The position numbers were made by a program, and so were the translations under genes. DNA of 64,000 nt, taken from NCBI GenBank assembly GCA_965197585.1, contig OZ240215.1, forward strand, positions 2,432,001 through 2,496,000, written 5' to 3'. Under the pieces are notes generated by a model. The model searched no databases, had not been told where the DNA came from, and was given only the letters and a program-made list of their open reading frames with translations. This stretch comes from Dehalococcoidia bacterium. GTDB lineage: Bacteria; Chloroflexota; Dehalococcoidia; Plut-88900. Shown here one piece after another: positions 39,538-48,937 of the stretch; the stretch's first letter is position 1; the number at the start of each line of letters is the position of its first letter.

Positions 39538-39576
39538 CCCCTCTCCCTTGACTGGAGAGGGCTAGGGTGAGGGTGA
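39538..39576. repeat. REP-like palindrome (ccctctccc..ggagaggg-ctagggtgagggtga)
   Basis: related copies at about 57678-57715, 48821-48860 (inverted), 40698 and 44871-44945 (interrupted). Confidence 0.8.
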
Positions 39577-39587
39577 CCCCCTCCCCC

Positions 39588-40679
39588 CTACAACCCGTGC
39601 ACCTTCGCCACATTCCCACCGACCAGCTTCTCCTGGTCCTCGCTCGAAAGACCATCCAGTATCCGCTCCAGCGACTCGTGCGCGTCCAGCCCTATCGACC
39701 GGATATGCGGGAAGTCCGATCCCCACATCACCCCATCCGCCCCGATGTGATTTACCGCGTCACGCCCGAACGGGTCGTCGATCATCCCGTGCCACATCCG
39801 TTTCTTTATGTAGTCGCTGGCCAGCATGTCCAGCTTCTCCATCGGCATCCGGTGCGCCGCTGCCCCTTGCACCTGGTCCATCCGGAACATGAACATCGGC
39901 ACCCAGGCTATCTCCCACTCCGCGCAGATCAGCTTCAGTTTGGGGAATCGGTCTAATATTCGACCGAATATGAAGTCGTCGGCCAGCGTGGTGGTCAGCT
40001 CCAGGAACAGATCGACCCACGTGCTGGGCGCCCTCTCCATGTCTTCCCTGGTGTGGAAGTGCAAGGGGTCCGGCACCCGACCCGTTATCGAGTGCAAAGT
40101 GATGGAAATCCCTGCGTCCTCCGCTGCCGCCCAAAACGGGTCGTAGTATTTGTCCCTGTACGGCTTCGACCCCTCAGGCGGAACGACGTTGATCATCGCA
40201 CCCTTGAGGCCCTTCTTCGATATCCGTTCCAACTCCGCCAGTCCCCAATCCACGTCCTCCATAGGCACCGCCCCGATCCCGATAAGTGTGCTTGGACTGT
40301 ACGACACGAACTCCGCCAGCCAGTCGTTATACGTTTGCGCCGCCGCCCGTACCACCTCCCGGTCCCGACCCTGCATCGCCAGCATCATCAGCGTCGGGTT
40401 CAGCACCTCCGCCTCGACCTTGGCCTCCTGCTGGAACTTGACCCGCTTCGCCGGGTCCTTGCCCGCGTCGACCAGGTCGCCCATGTCGGCCATTTCGGCC
40501 TCGGTCTCGTCGATCTTCAGGTACTGAGCGCCCGTATAGAAGAACCGGCCCTTTTTCCCCAGGTGCTCATTGACGATGCGCGGCGTCCGCTCACCGTATT
40601 TGGCGCCTATCGCGTCCCACCACAGCTCCGTCGGCTCGACAACATGGGAATCCGCCGAAATTACTCTGTCAAACTTCAA
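39588..40679 (-). CDS. amidohydrolase-2 family protein
   Basis: 'ISADSHVVEP', 'YNDW', 'MWGSDFPH'; RBS GGAGG, TTG start. Confidence 0.9.
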   Translation of the reverse strand: MKFDRVISADSHVVEPTELWWDAIGAKYGERTPRIVNEHLGKKGRFFYTGAQYLKIDETEAEMADMGDLVDAGKDPAKRVKFQQEAKVEAEVLNPTLMMLAMQGRDREVVRAAAQTYNDWLAEFVSYSPSTLIGIGAVPMEDVDWGLAELERISKKGLKGAMINVVPPEGSKPYRDKYYDPFWAAAEDAGISITLHSITGRVPDPLHFHTREDMERAPSTWVDLFLELTTTLADDFIFGRILDRFPKLKLICAEWEIAWVPMFMFRMDQVQGAAAHRMPMEKLDMLASDYIKKRMWHGMIDDPFGRDAVNHIGADGVMWGSDFPHIRSIGLDAHESLERILDGLSSEDQEKLVGGNVAKVHGL

Positions 40680-40837
40680 TTATTTCCTCCGTCCATCCCC
40701 TCTCCCTTAACGGGAGTCGTAGATGCTGCAAGTGCGCTTTTGGCGTACGCCGAGGCGTGAGGGATAGGGCTATAGTGGCTCCCCCAACCGCCCGATTCTA
40801 CCCAAAAACCCCCCACCCTTCAATCAAACTACCCCCC

Positions 40838-40860
40838 GTAGGGGCGACCGGCTGGTCGCC
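40838..40860 (+). repeat. GTAG-family REP
   Basis: GTAG-GGGCGACC-ggct-GGTCGCC. Confidence 0.7.
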
Positions 40861-40900
40861 TTCCCTGCCGAACACCCCTCACAGGGAGAACCCCACGATC

Positions 40901-40971
40901 TGTTACCCATGTCTCCGAACATGTGTTACCTATCTCCCCGAACAACTGTTACCTATGTCCCCGGTCTGTAC
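40901..40971 (+). mobile_element. orphan IS481-like terminal end
   Basis: three 23-bp-period repeats tgttaccYatStcYccg ending ..GTCTGTAC; no transposase adjacent. Confidence 0.6.
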
Positions 40972-40993
40972 CGTGGTGATTCCTCTCCCCCCA

Positions 40994-42100
40994 TCACCCC
41001 CCAAAAATATCCAACGGCAGAAACGCCGACACGCACACGTTCGGCAGGTCCACTACCTCGCTCACCTTGAAGTCCACCGCCACGCTGCAGATTACGTACG
41101 CCTGCTCCCGACTGTACCCCCGCTCCATCAGCAGGCTGATCATGTTCAGAAGCGCCTGTCTCATGGCGAGAGTCACGTTGCCGGACTCGTTCTTGCCATC
41201 CTCTATCGGCATCCCCGTAGTCGCTATGAACCGCTTCGGCGCCGCCATCTCCGGCAAAGTCCAATACTGGTCCGACTCGAATATCGGGAACCGTATGTTA
41301 CGCCTTTCCGCTGCTCCCTCTCTTATCCGGAACTTGGCATGAATCGCCGCCGACATCTCGACGGCCGTCCCGCAGCATTCGCTATCCCCCTGAGCAAAAT
41401 GCCCATCCCCCGCCGAGAACATCCCACCTTCTACAAAGACCGGGCACAGCAGGCGAACACCCCTAGTCAACTGCTTTATGTCCATGTTGCCGCCATTCTC
41501 CCTGGGCGGCATAGTCCTCAGTCCCTCCGACGCCACGGGGTCCCAGGAAGGCACCGCTCCCACCTTTTCCGGCGGCAGCGCCGTCCCTCCTGCCTCCACT
41601 GCCCGTGCCTCCCTCTCCCGACACTCCTCCATCAAGGCCCGAGACGGTGCCACGCCTATGGTTCCCATGAACGAGGCTTCAGGTATCCGCACCCCAGGCA
41701 CCTGCTCCGATACCGCAAACTTGCCGTCCATCGACCATTTTGCCAGGAAAGGTTCACCATACAGGTCGGCAATAAACCCGAAGCCCGGTTTAATGCTTGT
41801 GAAACCAAAAGTACCGGGCACGATGTCGATGATGTCGATTTCCAGGAGGTCGCCGGGCTTCGCGCCCTTCACGTACACAGGCCCCGTAAGCGGGTGCACT
41901 ACATTGCGGCTAAACCCAAGCAGTGACTCTGACGTAGAGTCGGGGGTGCACTGGCCGTCCGAGGCGTCCCGAGTCTCCATGTACACCTCTTCCTCAGGCT
42001 CGACCTCAAGCGCCGGCGGGATGTCTGGGTGCCAGCGATTGTGCCCCTTCTCCGGCTCCTCCGCACACCTCTTCGAATAATCCAGTTCTATGCTCTTCAT
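40994..42100 (-). CDS. acetamidase/formamidase family protein
   Basis: 'HNRWHPDIPP', 'HPLTGP', 'PRENGGNMD', 'GDGHFAQGDSE', 'VDLPN'. Confidence 0.92.
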   Translation of the reverse strand: MKSIELDYSKRCAEEPEKGHNRWHPDIPPALEVEPEEEVYMETRDASDGQCTPDSTSESLLGFSRNVVHPLTGPVYVKGAKPGDLLEIDIIDIVPGTFGFTSIKPGFGFIADLYGEPFLAKWSMDGKFAVSEQVPGVRIPEASFMGTIGVAPSRALMEECREREARAVEAGGTALPPEKVGAVPSWDPVASEGLRTMPPRENGGNMDIKQLTRGVRLLCPVFVEGGMFSAGDGHFAQGDSECCGTAVEMSAAIHAKFRIREGAAERRNIRFPIFESDQYWTLPEMAAPKRFIATTGMPIEDGKNESGNVTLAMRQALLNMISLLMERGYSREQAYVICSVAVDFKVSEVVDLPNVCVSAFLPLDIFGG

Positions 42101-42131
42101 TCTTCCTTCTCCATTCCAAAACTCTTTTTAC

Positions 42132-42171
42132 CTGTCATTCCGAGGCCCCGCGAGGAATCTAGGACTTGCCC
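42132..42171 (+). repeat. GTCATTCC..GGAATC REP family
   Basis: tgtcattccgaggcYccgcgaggaatctaggacttgccc also at 43520-43559; relatives near 46172, 51147 (inverted), 52512 (inverted) and 63985. Confidence 0.85.
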
Positions 42172-42289
42172 ACTCACCTTCCTCCTTAAAGCACCTGGGG
42201 CAGGGAGAATCCGCTCACCCTGTCGCAGATCCGCCGAGGCGGGAGCCAAGTCGAAGGGTCGAGCGGATTCCGGGTGGGGGCCTCTCCCC

Positions 42290-43396
42290 CTACCCCTCAA
42301 ATATGTCCAACGGCAGAAACGCCGACACGCACACGTTCGGCAAGTCCACTACCTCGCTCACCTTGAAATCGACCGCCACGCTCGTTATGCAATACGCCTG
42401 CTCCCTGGAGTACCCCCGCTCCATGATTATCCCGATCATGTTCAGTAAAGCCTGTCTCGTCGCCAACGTTATATTCCCCGATTCGTTCCGACCATCCTCT
42501 ATAGGCATCCCTGTCGTTGCAATGAACCGCTTGGGCGCTGCCATCTCCGGCGACGTCCAGTACTGGTCCGACTCGAATATTGGGAACCGGATGTTCCGTC
42601 TTTCGGCCGCTCCCTCCCTTATCCGAAATCGAGCGTGGATCGCCGTAGCCATCTCCACCGCCGTCCCGCACGTCTCTCCGTCCCCCTGTGCAAAGTGCCC
42701 GTCCCCCACCGAGAACATCCCCCCGTCCACGAACATCGGACACAGTAGCCGCACGCCCTTGGTCAGCTGTTTGATGTCCATGTTGCCGCCGTTTTCCCTC
42801 GGCGGAATCGTCCTCAGCCCCTCCGAAGCTACCGGCTCCCACGTGGGAACAGCACCAGCCTTGTCCGGTGGCTCTGCCACGCCCCCCGCCTCCGCCGCCC
42901 GGGCTTCCCTCTCCCGCCACTCCTCCATCGCTGTCCTCGACGGCGCAACCCCGATAGTTCCCATGAACGACGCCTCCGGTATCCGCACTCCCGGCAGCTG
43001 CTCCGACACCGCGTGCTTCCCGTCCATCGACCATTTCACCAGGAACGGGTCCGTAAACAGGTCCGACAGAAACCCGAAATGCGGCAATATCCCCGTGAAC
43101 CCGAAAGTCCCAGGCACTATGTCGATGATTTCGATTTCCAGCAAGTCTCCCGGCTTTGCCCCCTTCACGTACACGGGCCCCGTCATCGGGTGCACGACAC
43201 CGCCGTCAATGCCCGGCACATCTGCCAATGTGGACTCCGGAGTTATCTGTCCGTCCAGTGCGTCCCTGGTCTGAAGGTAGACCTCTTCCTCCGGCTCCAC
43301 CTCTAACGCTGGCGGAATATCCGGGTGCCAGCGGTTGTGGACCTTCTCCTGCTCCTCCCAACACCTCTTCGAGTAGTCCATCTCAATACTTTTCAT
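42290..43396 (-). CDS. acetamidase/formamidase family protein, tandem paralog
   Basis: same motifs with 'GDGHFAQGDGE'; RBS GGAGG before ATG 43396. Confidence 0.92.
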   Translation of the reverse strand: MKSIEMDYSKRCWEEQEKVHNRWHPDIPPALEVEPEEEVYLQTRDALDGQITPESTLADVPGIDGGVVHPMTGPVYVKGAKPGDLLEIEIIDIVPGTFGFTGILPHFGFLSDLFTDPFLVKWSMDGKHAVSEQLPGVRIPEASFMGTIGVAPSRTAMEEWREREARAAEAGGVAEPPDKAGAVPTWEPVASEGLRTIPPRENGGNMDIKQLTKGVRLLCPMFVDGGMFSVGDGHFAQGDGETCGTAVEMATAIHARFRIREGAAERRNIRFPIFESDQYWTSPEMAAPKRFIATTGMPIEDGRNESGNITLATRQALLNMIGIIMERGYSREQAYCITSVAVDFKVSEVVDLPNVCVSAFLPLDIFEG

Positions 43397-43674
43397 TCTT
43401 ACCCCTCCAAGACTATCAATCCCGAACACTTACCCGTTCAATTTCTGTCGGCAGTCAGCGCACGATATCCCCGCTCACCCTGAGCCCCTCTTTAGCTGTC
43501 AAACCGAGGCCCTTTTCACTGTCATTCCGAGGCTCCGCGAGGAATCTAGGACTTGCCCCATCACAATCTTCCTAACCTCCCGTTCCCTCATCACCTACTT
43601 CCTAACCCCCCACTCCCCCGCCCCCGAAAGCTATACTACTATCTAGTCCACCCAATGGAAACGGGCACAAACTC

Positions 43675-44670
43675 ATGGTGAAGTTTGGCATCCAGGTCCC
43701 CGCCGGCCGAGAAGGCATATACATACCCTCTGCCTTCTCGACCCCGGAGCAGCTCATGGGCCTGTTCACCCAGGCCGAGTCCTTCGGCTTCCATTCCGCC
43801 TGGGGCAACGACCACCTCAACACCCCCAGGGACGCCCGCTTCAGGTACGACCAACCTCCCAACGTCTACGAAATCCTCATCACCCTTGCCAGTGCTGCCG
43901 CAATCACGACACGTATCAGGCTCGGCGTTGCAGCCCTGACCCTACCTCTCCGAGAGCCCGTGGCCCTCGCCAAGCAGGTCGCGACTCTGGATGTATTCAG
44001 CAAGGGCCGAGTGTCCCTGGCCGTTGGCATCGGCCACTACCGCGACGAGTTCGTCAATGTGAAGCCCCGACAGAAGTATGACCACCGCGGCGAGATGTTC
44101 GAAGAGGCCCTTGAAGCCCTACACGTGATCTTCACCCAAGATCCCGCGAGCTTCTCCAGCAAGCACTATGAGTTCGAAGATATCTCCCTACACCCCAAGC
44201 CCCTCCAGGACCCCTTCCCCATCTACATCACGGGCACGGGGCCCAAGACTTCTGAGCGGGTAGTCCGATGGGGCACGGGCTGGATGCTGACAAATGTGGA
44301 AGACCAAACACTCGGTGAGCGCATAGAAGCCGTAAAGCGCCTCGCCGAAAACGCAGGCCGAGACCCCTCCACCCTGGAAATGGCCCACACCATAGCCCTC
44401 CGGGTAGACCCTACCCACGAGAAAGCCGTCGACAGATTCCAAAACAGCCTGCTCATGAACGGACCCCGTGGCCTTGGCAGCAAGTCCTACCTATTCACCA
44501 GGTGCGTCGGAACCCCATCTGAAGTCGCCGAGCAGATACGGAACATCTGCCGGGAAGGAATCGACCACATTATTATCCAGGACTTCGCCGTCGACACCTT
44601 CTCCGAAATGCAAGAGCAGATTCAGTTCTTCGGAGAAGAGGTCATACCCCTCTTCGAGACCTTTGCATGA
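43675..44670 (+). CDS. LLM-class (probably F420-dependent) oxidoreductase
   Basis: 'GFHSAWGNDH', 'LPLREPVALAKQVATLD.FS.GR', 'PKPLQDPFP'. Confidence 0.9.
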   Translation: MVKFGIQVPAGREGIYIPSAFSTPEQLMGLFTQAESFGFHSAWGNDHLNTPRDARFRYDQPPNVYEILITLASAAAITTRIRLGVAALTLPLREPVALAKQVATLDVFSKGRVSLAVGIGHYRDEFVNVKPRQKYDHRGEMFEEALEALHVIFTQDPASFSSKHYEFEDISLHPKPLQDPFPIYITGTGPKTSERVVRWGTGWMLTNVEDQTLGERIEAVKRLAENAGRDPSTLEMAHTIALRVDPTHEKAVDRFQNSLLMNGPRGLGSKSYLFTRCVGTPSEVAEQIRNICREGIDHIIIQDFAVDTFSEMQEQIQFFGEEVIPLFETFA

Positions 44671-44951
44671 CCCTCATTCCGGGCGGCGGAGGGAATTCCG
44701 ATCCCCTCTCCCTCAATGTGACCCTTGCATAACCTCTCTCGGTGGGGCCGAGGCCGCTCGTGCTGTCGTAGATCCGCCGAGGCGGGAGGCTCTCGAAGTA
44801 TGAGCGGGGGGTGGAGATCACGTTATCTGGGTAGTACAACAGAGGGAATCTGTAGTTGTGTACAGGTATCTCGACGGGCCGTAGGTGCGCCTTTGGCGTG
44901 AGGGGCTAGAGCCTGCCCTGAATCTGTCGAAGGGGTGAGCGTGAACCTCCC

Positions 44952-46115
44952 CTATAACCCATATAACCCAGCCGCGTTCTCCCCCAACACCTTACGCTGG
45001 TCTACCGCCGGCAATACCTCCAGCGTCTTCCTGAGTTCATTGACCGGGTCCGGCACGCCGTCAGCATGTGGATAGTCCGACGCCCAGATGAACCTGTCCG
45101 CCCCGACATGCGATATGACCGCCGGGGCAAAATGTTCGTCGGGGTCCAGCGAGATCCAGCATTGCTCCTTGAAATACTCGCTCGGAGGCCGCTTGCACCC
45201 GGTCGTGAACCCCGCTATCTCGAACTTCTCGTCCATCCGATCGAGCCACCAGGGCAGCCACCCACACCCCGACTCCAATATCACTATCTTCAACCCCGGA
45301 AACTTCTCGAACACTCCGCCCTGGAACAAAGAGGCGACTGCCAACGGCATATCCAGGACCGCAGTCGTCAGATGCCACCAATAGGTGTCCGAGTAGGTGA
45401 TCTTGTAATAGCCTTGGATGACCCCCGGAGCTTTAACGCTATCGTGCGGATGGATGGTAACCGGCAGCCCCGACTCCTGGGCCTCCGCCCAAAACGGATC
45501 ATACAGAGAGTCCCCGTATGGCCGGCCCTCCGGGGCTTCCATCCCGATATTGACCGCCCTGGCCCCGAGCCTCGCCACTCTCTGGAGTTCGGCAACTGCA
45601 AGATCTACGTCGAGCATCGAAAGGTGAGGAATCGGAATCAACCTGTCCGGGTAGGGCTCGCAGAAATCGACGATCCATCGGTTGTACGCACGGACATACG
45701 CCGCCGACAAATCCGCGTCCTTCCACTCCGACTGCGTCTGGACGATGATCGTGTGGTAGAGCACCGCAATGTCGATCCCATCCCCGTCTAGCACCTTGAT
45801 CCGTTCATGGGAGTCGCAGGAGCCGGGAGCCATCTTCAGACCGTCGGCGTAAGTGAAGGCGCCTGGTTTCAGGCTATTCTCCAGCCTCCACTCCATCGAC
45901 TTACCTGCGGATGCCACATTTCCCAGTGTCCCCACCGCCCCCGCCTCCGATGGCCTCCCATCAATCTCGATATACTCCAGCCCCGCCTCATTCGTGGCGA
46001 TTCGAATGGCGCGGTCCTTATACTCGGATTCCAGGTACTCCTCCCACAACCCGGGAGGCTCCAGCACATGCCCATCCGCATCCACAATTTTGGGCTCGCC
46101 ATTGGTACGCGTCAT
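44952..46115 (-). CDS. amidohydrolase-2 family protein
   Basis: 'VDADGHVLEP', 'LESGCGW', 'WASDYPHAD'. Confidence 0.9.
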   Translation of the reverse strand: MTRTNGEPKIVDADGHVLEPPGLWEEYLESEYKDRAIRIATNEAGLEYIEIDGRPSEAGAVGTLGNVASAGKSMEWRLENSLKPGAFTYADGLKMAPGSCDSHERIKVLDGDGIDIAVLYHTIIVQTQSEWKDADLSAAYVRAYNRWIVDFCEPYPDRLIPIPHLSMLDVDLAVAELQRVARLGARAVNIGMEAPEGRPYGDSLYDPFWAEAQESGLPVTIHPHDSVKAPGVIQGYYKITYSDTYWWHLTTAVLDMPLAVASLFQGGVFEKFPGLKIVILESGCGWLPWWLDRMDEKFEIAGFTTGCKRPPSEYFKEQCWISLDPDEHFAPAVISHVGADRFIWASDYPHADGVPDPVNELRKTLEVLPAVDQRKVLGENAAGLYGL

Positions 46116-46318
46116 CGTCCAAATCTCCTAATGCGTCCCATCCTCTCCATCGACGAGCCCTTTGCGTACTCGTCATTCCCGATTACTCGGGAATCCAGGG
46201 TTGGGAATTCAGGGTCGAATAGTATGACTGAGATGCTCAACCCGGCACCGTTCTAGGAGCTGTGCAAAGGTTTCTCGACGGCGGAGGGCTAGCGCCGAGG
46301 AGAGTGAGGTTGACCCCC

Positions 46319-47464
46319 CTACAACCCGTACAACCCTATCGCATTCTCCCCCATGATCTTCCGCTGGTCCGACTCCGGGAGCACACCCAGGTTCTCCTTC
46401 AACTCACCCACAGGGTCAGCGCTGCTGTCACTATGCGGAAAGTCGCCTGCCCAAAGGAACCTGTCCGCCCCGAGCAATTCTATTGGCCGATGTGCTTCCT
46501 TCTCTTCAGGCTCCATGTCGATCCAGCACTGCCTTTTGAAATACTCCGTCGGCTTCATCTTCATACCCGTCGTGAAACCAAAAAGCTCGTAGTACTCGTC
46601 CATCCGCTCCAGCCAGTGTGGCAGCCACCCGCTCCCCGACTCCGTAACCACCAGCTTGAATCCTGGGAACCGCTCGAACACGCCTCCCTGGAAGAACGAC
46701 GTAAACCCCAGCTTCACGTCCTCCGCAGCCCACATGTAAACCCACCACGTAACCGTGTGGTCCGACTGTGGGTACAGCTCGTTCCCGAAATGGCGCGGGT
46801 TCCCCGTAGCATGCAGCGACACCGGCAGGTCTAGTTCCTGGCACGCGTCCCACAACGGATCGAAGTACGCGTCCCCATACGAGCCCCCATTCGTTGGCCG
46901 ACCGTAGACCATCAACCCCTTCGCCCCCTGTCCCTTCACCCGCCTCACCTCCTCGACAGCCCCCGCCATGTCCCGCAGTGGAACGTGGGCCACATGCGCC
47001 AGCCGAGAGGGGCTCGTGCTGCAGAACTCGGCGATCCAGTCGTTGTAGACCCGGGCGTAAGCCAAAGCGAGACCCGCATCAGGACACACCGTCTCCCACG
47101 TCAGTCCCAGCGTCGGGTATAGGATAACCATGTCGATTCCTCGCTGGTCCAGCACCTTCACGTGCTCATCGGGGTCGTAGGCCGCCGGAGGTCGTCCCTC
47201 CGCGTACCCGACCTTCCCGGGTATCAGATAGTCTTCAATCGGGTGTGGTCGGTCGGGTTGGCCCGCGCCCGCCCTCCCGAAAATCCCCCCATCCAGGAAG
47301 TAGCCGTGGTGGTGCGCATTGTCCACGCACATGTACTCCCAGCCCTTCTCATCCTTCTCAAAACGAAGCGCTCGGTCCTTGTACTTCGCCTCGATATTCT
47401 CGACCCAAAGGTCCGGCGGCTCCAGCACATGGCTGTCTATATCGATAAGTCTGGGCGCGGACAT
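46319..47464 (-). CDS. amidohydrolase-2 family protein
   Basis: 'IDIDSHVLEP', 'YPT', 'WAGDFPHSD'. Confidence 0.9.
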   Translation of the reverse strand: MSAPRLIDIDSHVLEPPDLWVENIEAKYKDRALRFEKDEKGWEYMCVDNAHHHGYFLDGGIFGRAGAGQPDRPHPIEDYLIPGKVGYAEGRPPAAYDPDEHVKVLDQRGIDMVILYPTLGLTWETVCPDAGLALAYARVYNDWIAEFCSTSPSRLAHVAHVPLRDMAGAVEEVRRVKGQGAKGLMVYGRPTNGGSYGDAYFDPLWDACQELDLPVSLHATGNPRHFGNELYPQSDHTVTWWVYMWAAEDVKLGFTSFFQGGVFERFPGFKLVVTESGSGWLPHWLERMDEYYELFGFTTGMKMKPTEYFKRQCWIDMEPEEKEAHRPIELLGADRFLWAGDFPHSDSSADPVGELKENLGVLPESDQRKIMGENAIGLYGL

Positions 47465-47525
47465 CTTTACTCACCTCCCAGTTCGAGCGAGACCTGTTGT
47501 AAGGGGCCCGAGTTACAGCTGGTTG

Positions 47526-48656
47526 CTAAGAAGCCAGCTTGTAAAGCTCCATCGCGTTCCCCCCGAATACCTTCCGCTGGTCTTCTTCCGGCAAGTCCCC
47601 GAGGTTCTTCTCCAGCTCGTTCACCGGGTCGAGTATGGAGTCGGAGTGGGGGAAGTCGTAGGCCCACATGAACCTGTCGGCGCCCAGGATTTCTATGCTG
47701 AGCGGCGCAAGTCTCTCGTCGGGGTCCATGGAGATAAAGCCCTGCCGCTTGAAGTAGGTGCTGGGTATCTCCTTCATGGGAGTGGTGAAGCCGTTGATCT
47801 CGAATTTCTCGTCCATCCGGTCCAACCACCATACAATCCAACCGATGCCCGATTCCAGTATCACCACTTTCAGGTCGGGGAACCTGTCGAAGGTGCCGTG
47901 GTTGAAGTAGCTGCTGAAGTTGAGTTTGACGGTCTCGCCGCCGTAGAGGAAGAGCCACCAGGGGGTCTGGTTCTCGGGCTCGGGGTACGCCACTGCCGAG
48001 ACGGAGTTGGGCCCTGTGGAGGGGTGAATGGTCATGGGCATGTCAAGGGCCACGGCCTCTTCCCAGAGGGGGTCGAAGTAGGGGTGGCCGTATGGCCTTC
48101 CGGGTTCGCAGTCGGAGCCCATCATCATAGCCTTGGCCCCGCGCGCGGCGGTCCTTTTCATTTCCTTGATGGCCTCGTCGACGTTACCCATGGGTATGTG
48201 GGCCACGGGGACGAGTCGGGTGGGGGCTTCGCTGCAAAGGTCGAACACCCAGTCGTTGTAGGCCCGGCAGTTTGCCGCAGCGACCTTGATGTCGGGGCAG
48301 TCGTATTCCCAGAGGAGCCCGAGGGACGGGTAGACTAGGGTCATGTCTATGCGCTCGTCGTCCATCACCTTGGTTCGCTCGGAGGCTATATAGCCGCCGG
48401 GGACCATGGCTTCTTCCCAAGATATGCGTCCCGGTTCAAGATAAGGCCTCGCATCCTTGCCTATCGCTCCAAGGGCCCCGAGGGCACCACCCCGGCCGAA
48501 GAAGGACTTTTTGCCGTCAACGTTCAGGTACTCCAGCCCGTCCTCGTCTTTCGAGATTTTGAGGGCGTGGTCCCGGTACTCGGGGTCTATGTAGTCCTGC
48601 CACAGGTTGGAGGGCTCCATTATGTGACCGTCAATGTCGACGAAGGTGGCGTTCAT
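47526..48656 (-). CDS. amidohydrolase-2 family protein
   Basis: 'VDIDGHIMEP', 'YPS', 'WAYDFPHSD'. Confidence 0.92.
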   Translation of the reverse strand: MNATFVDIDGHIMEPSNLWQDYIDPEYRDHALKISKDEDGLEYLNVDGKKSFFGRGGALGALGAIGKDARPYLEPGRISWEEAMVPGGYIASERTKVMDDERIDMTLVYPSLGLLWEYDCPDIKVAAANCRAYNDWVFDLCSEAPTRLVPVAHIPMGNVDEAIKEMKRTAARGAKAMMMGSDCEPGRPYGHPYFDPLWEEAVALDMPMTIHPSTGPNSVSAVAYPEPENQTPWWLFLYGGETVKLNFSSYFNHGTFDRFPDLKVVILESGIGWIVWWLDRMDEKFEINGFTTPMKEIPSTYFKRQGFISMDPDERLAPLSIEILGADRFMWAYDFPHSDSILDPVNELEKNLGDLPEEDQRKVFGGNAMELYKLAS

Positions 48657-48699
48657 TTCCTGTCTCCTTAGCTAAAGGGGCGCCTGACGATTGAGGGGA

Positions 48700-48728
48700 A
48701 TGTTACTGCACATCCACGGCGGGCACAA
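48700..48728 (-). promoter_or_regulatory. promoter conserved between amidohydrolase paralogs
   Basis: TTGTGC-17 nt-TAACAT here and TTGTAC-17 nt-TAACAT at 50112-50140, with a shared leader 'atcgtcaggcgc'. Confidence 0.6.
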
Positions 48729-48937
48729 CGCGGATTTCAGACTTCAAGTCGGTTTGAAAAGACATCCTGTTCCTCTTTCCTTGACGAGAGCCTTGCGTAA
48801 CTGGTATTTCGGCAACCGAATCACCCTCACCCGAACCCTCTCCCCTCAAGGGAGAGGGGACCAGACGCCCCTTCCCGGCCCCCTTGGAGAGGGTTAAGCA
48901 AAGTTTCCTCTACGGGAGAGGGTTCGGGTGGTTCTCT

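Noticed and set aside
40901-40971. Possible mini-CRISPR array
   Set aside because: Period is only 23 bp with ~6-nt gaps and there are no cas genes; an IS end fits better
42090-43274. Long antisense ORFs (also 14787-15920, 37060-38079, 40757-41926, 47319-48338, 49058-50143)
   Set aside because: Shadow frames of well-supported genes in GC-rich DNA, with no recognisable motifs
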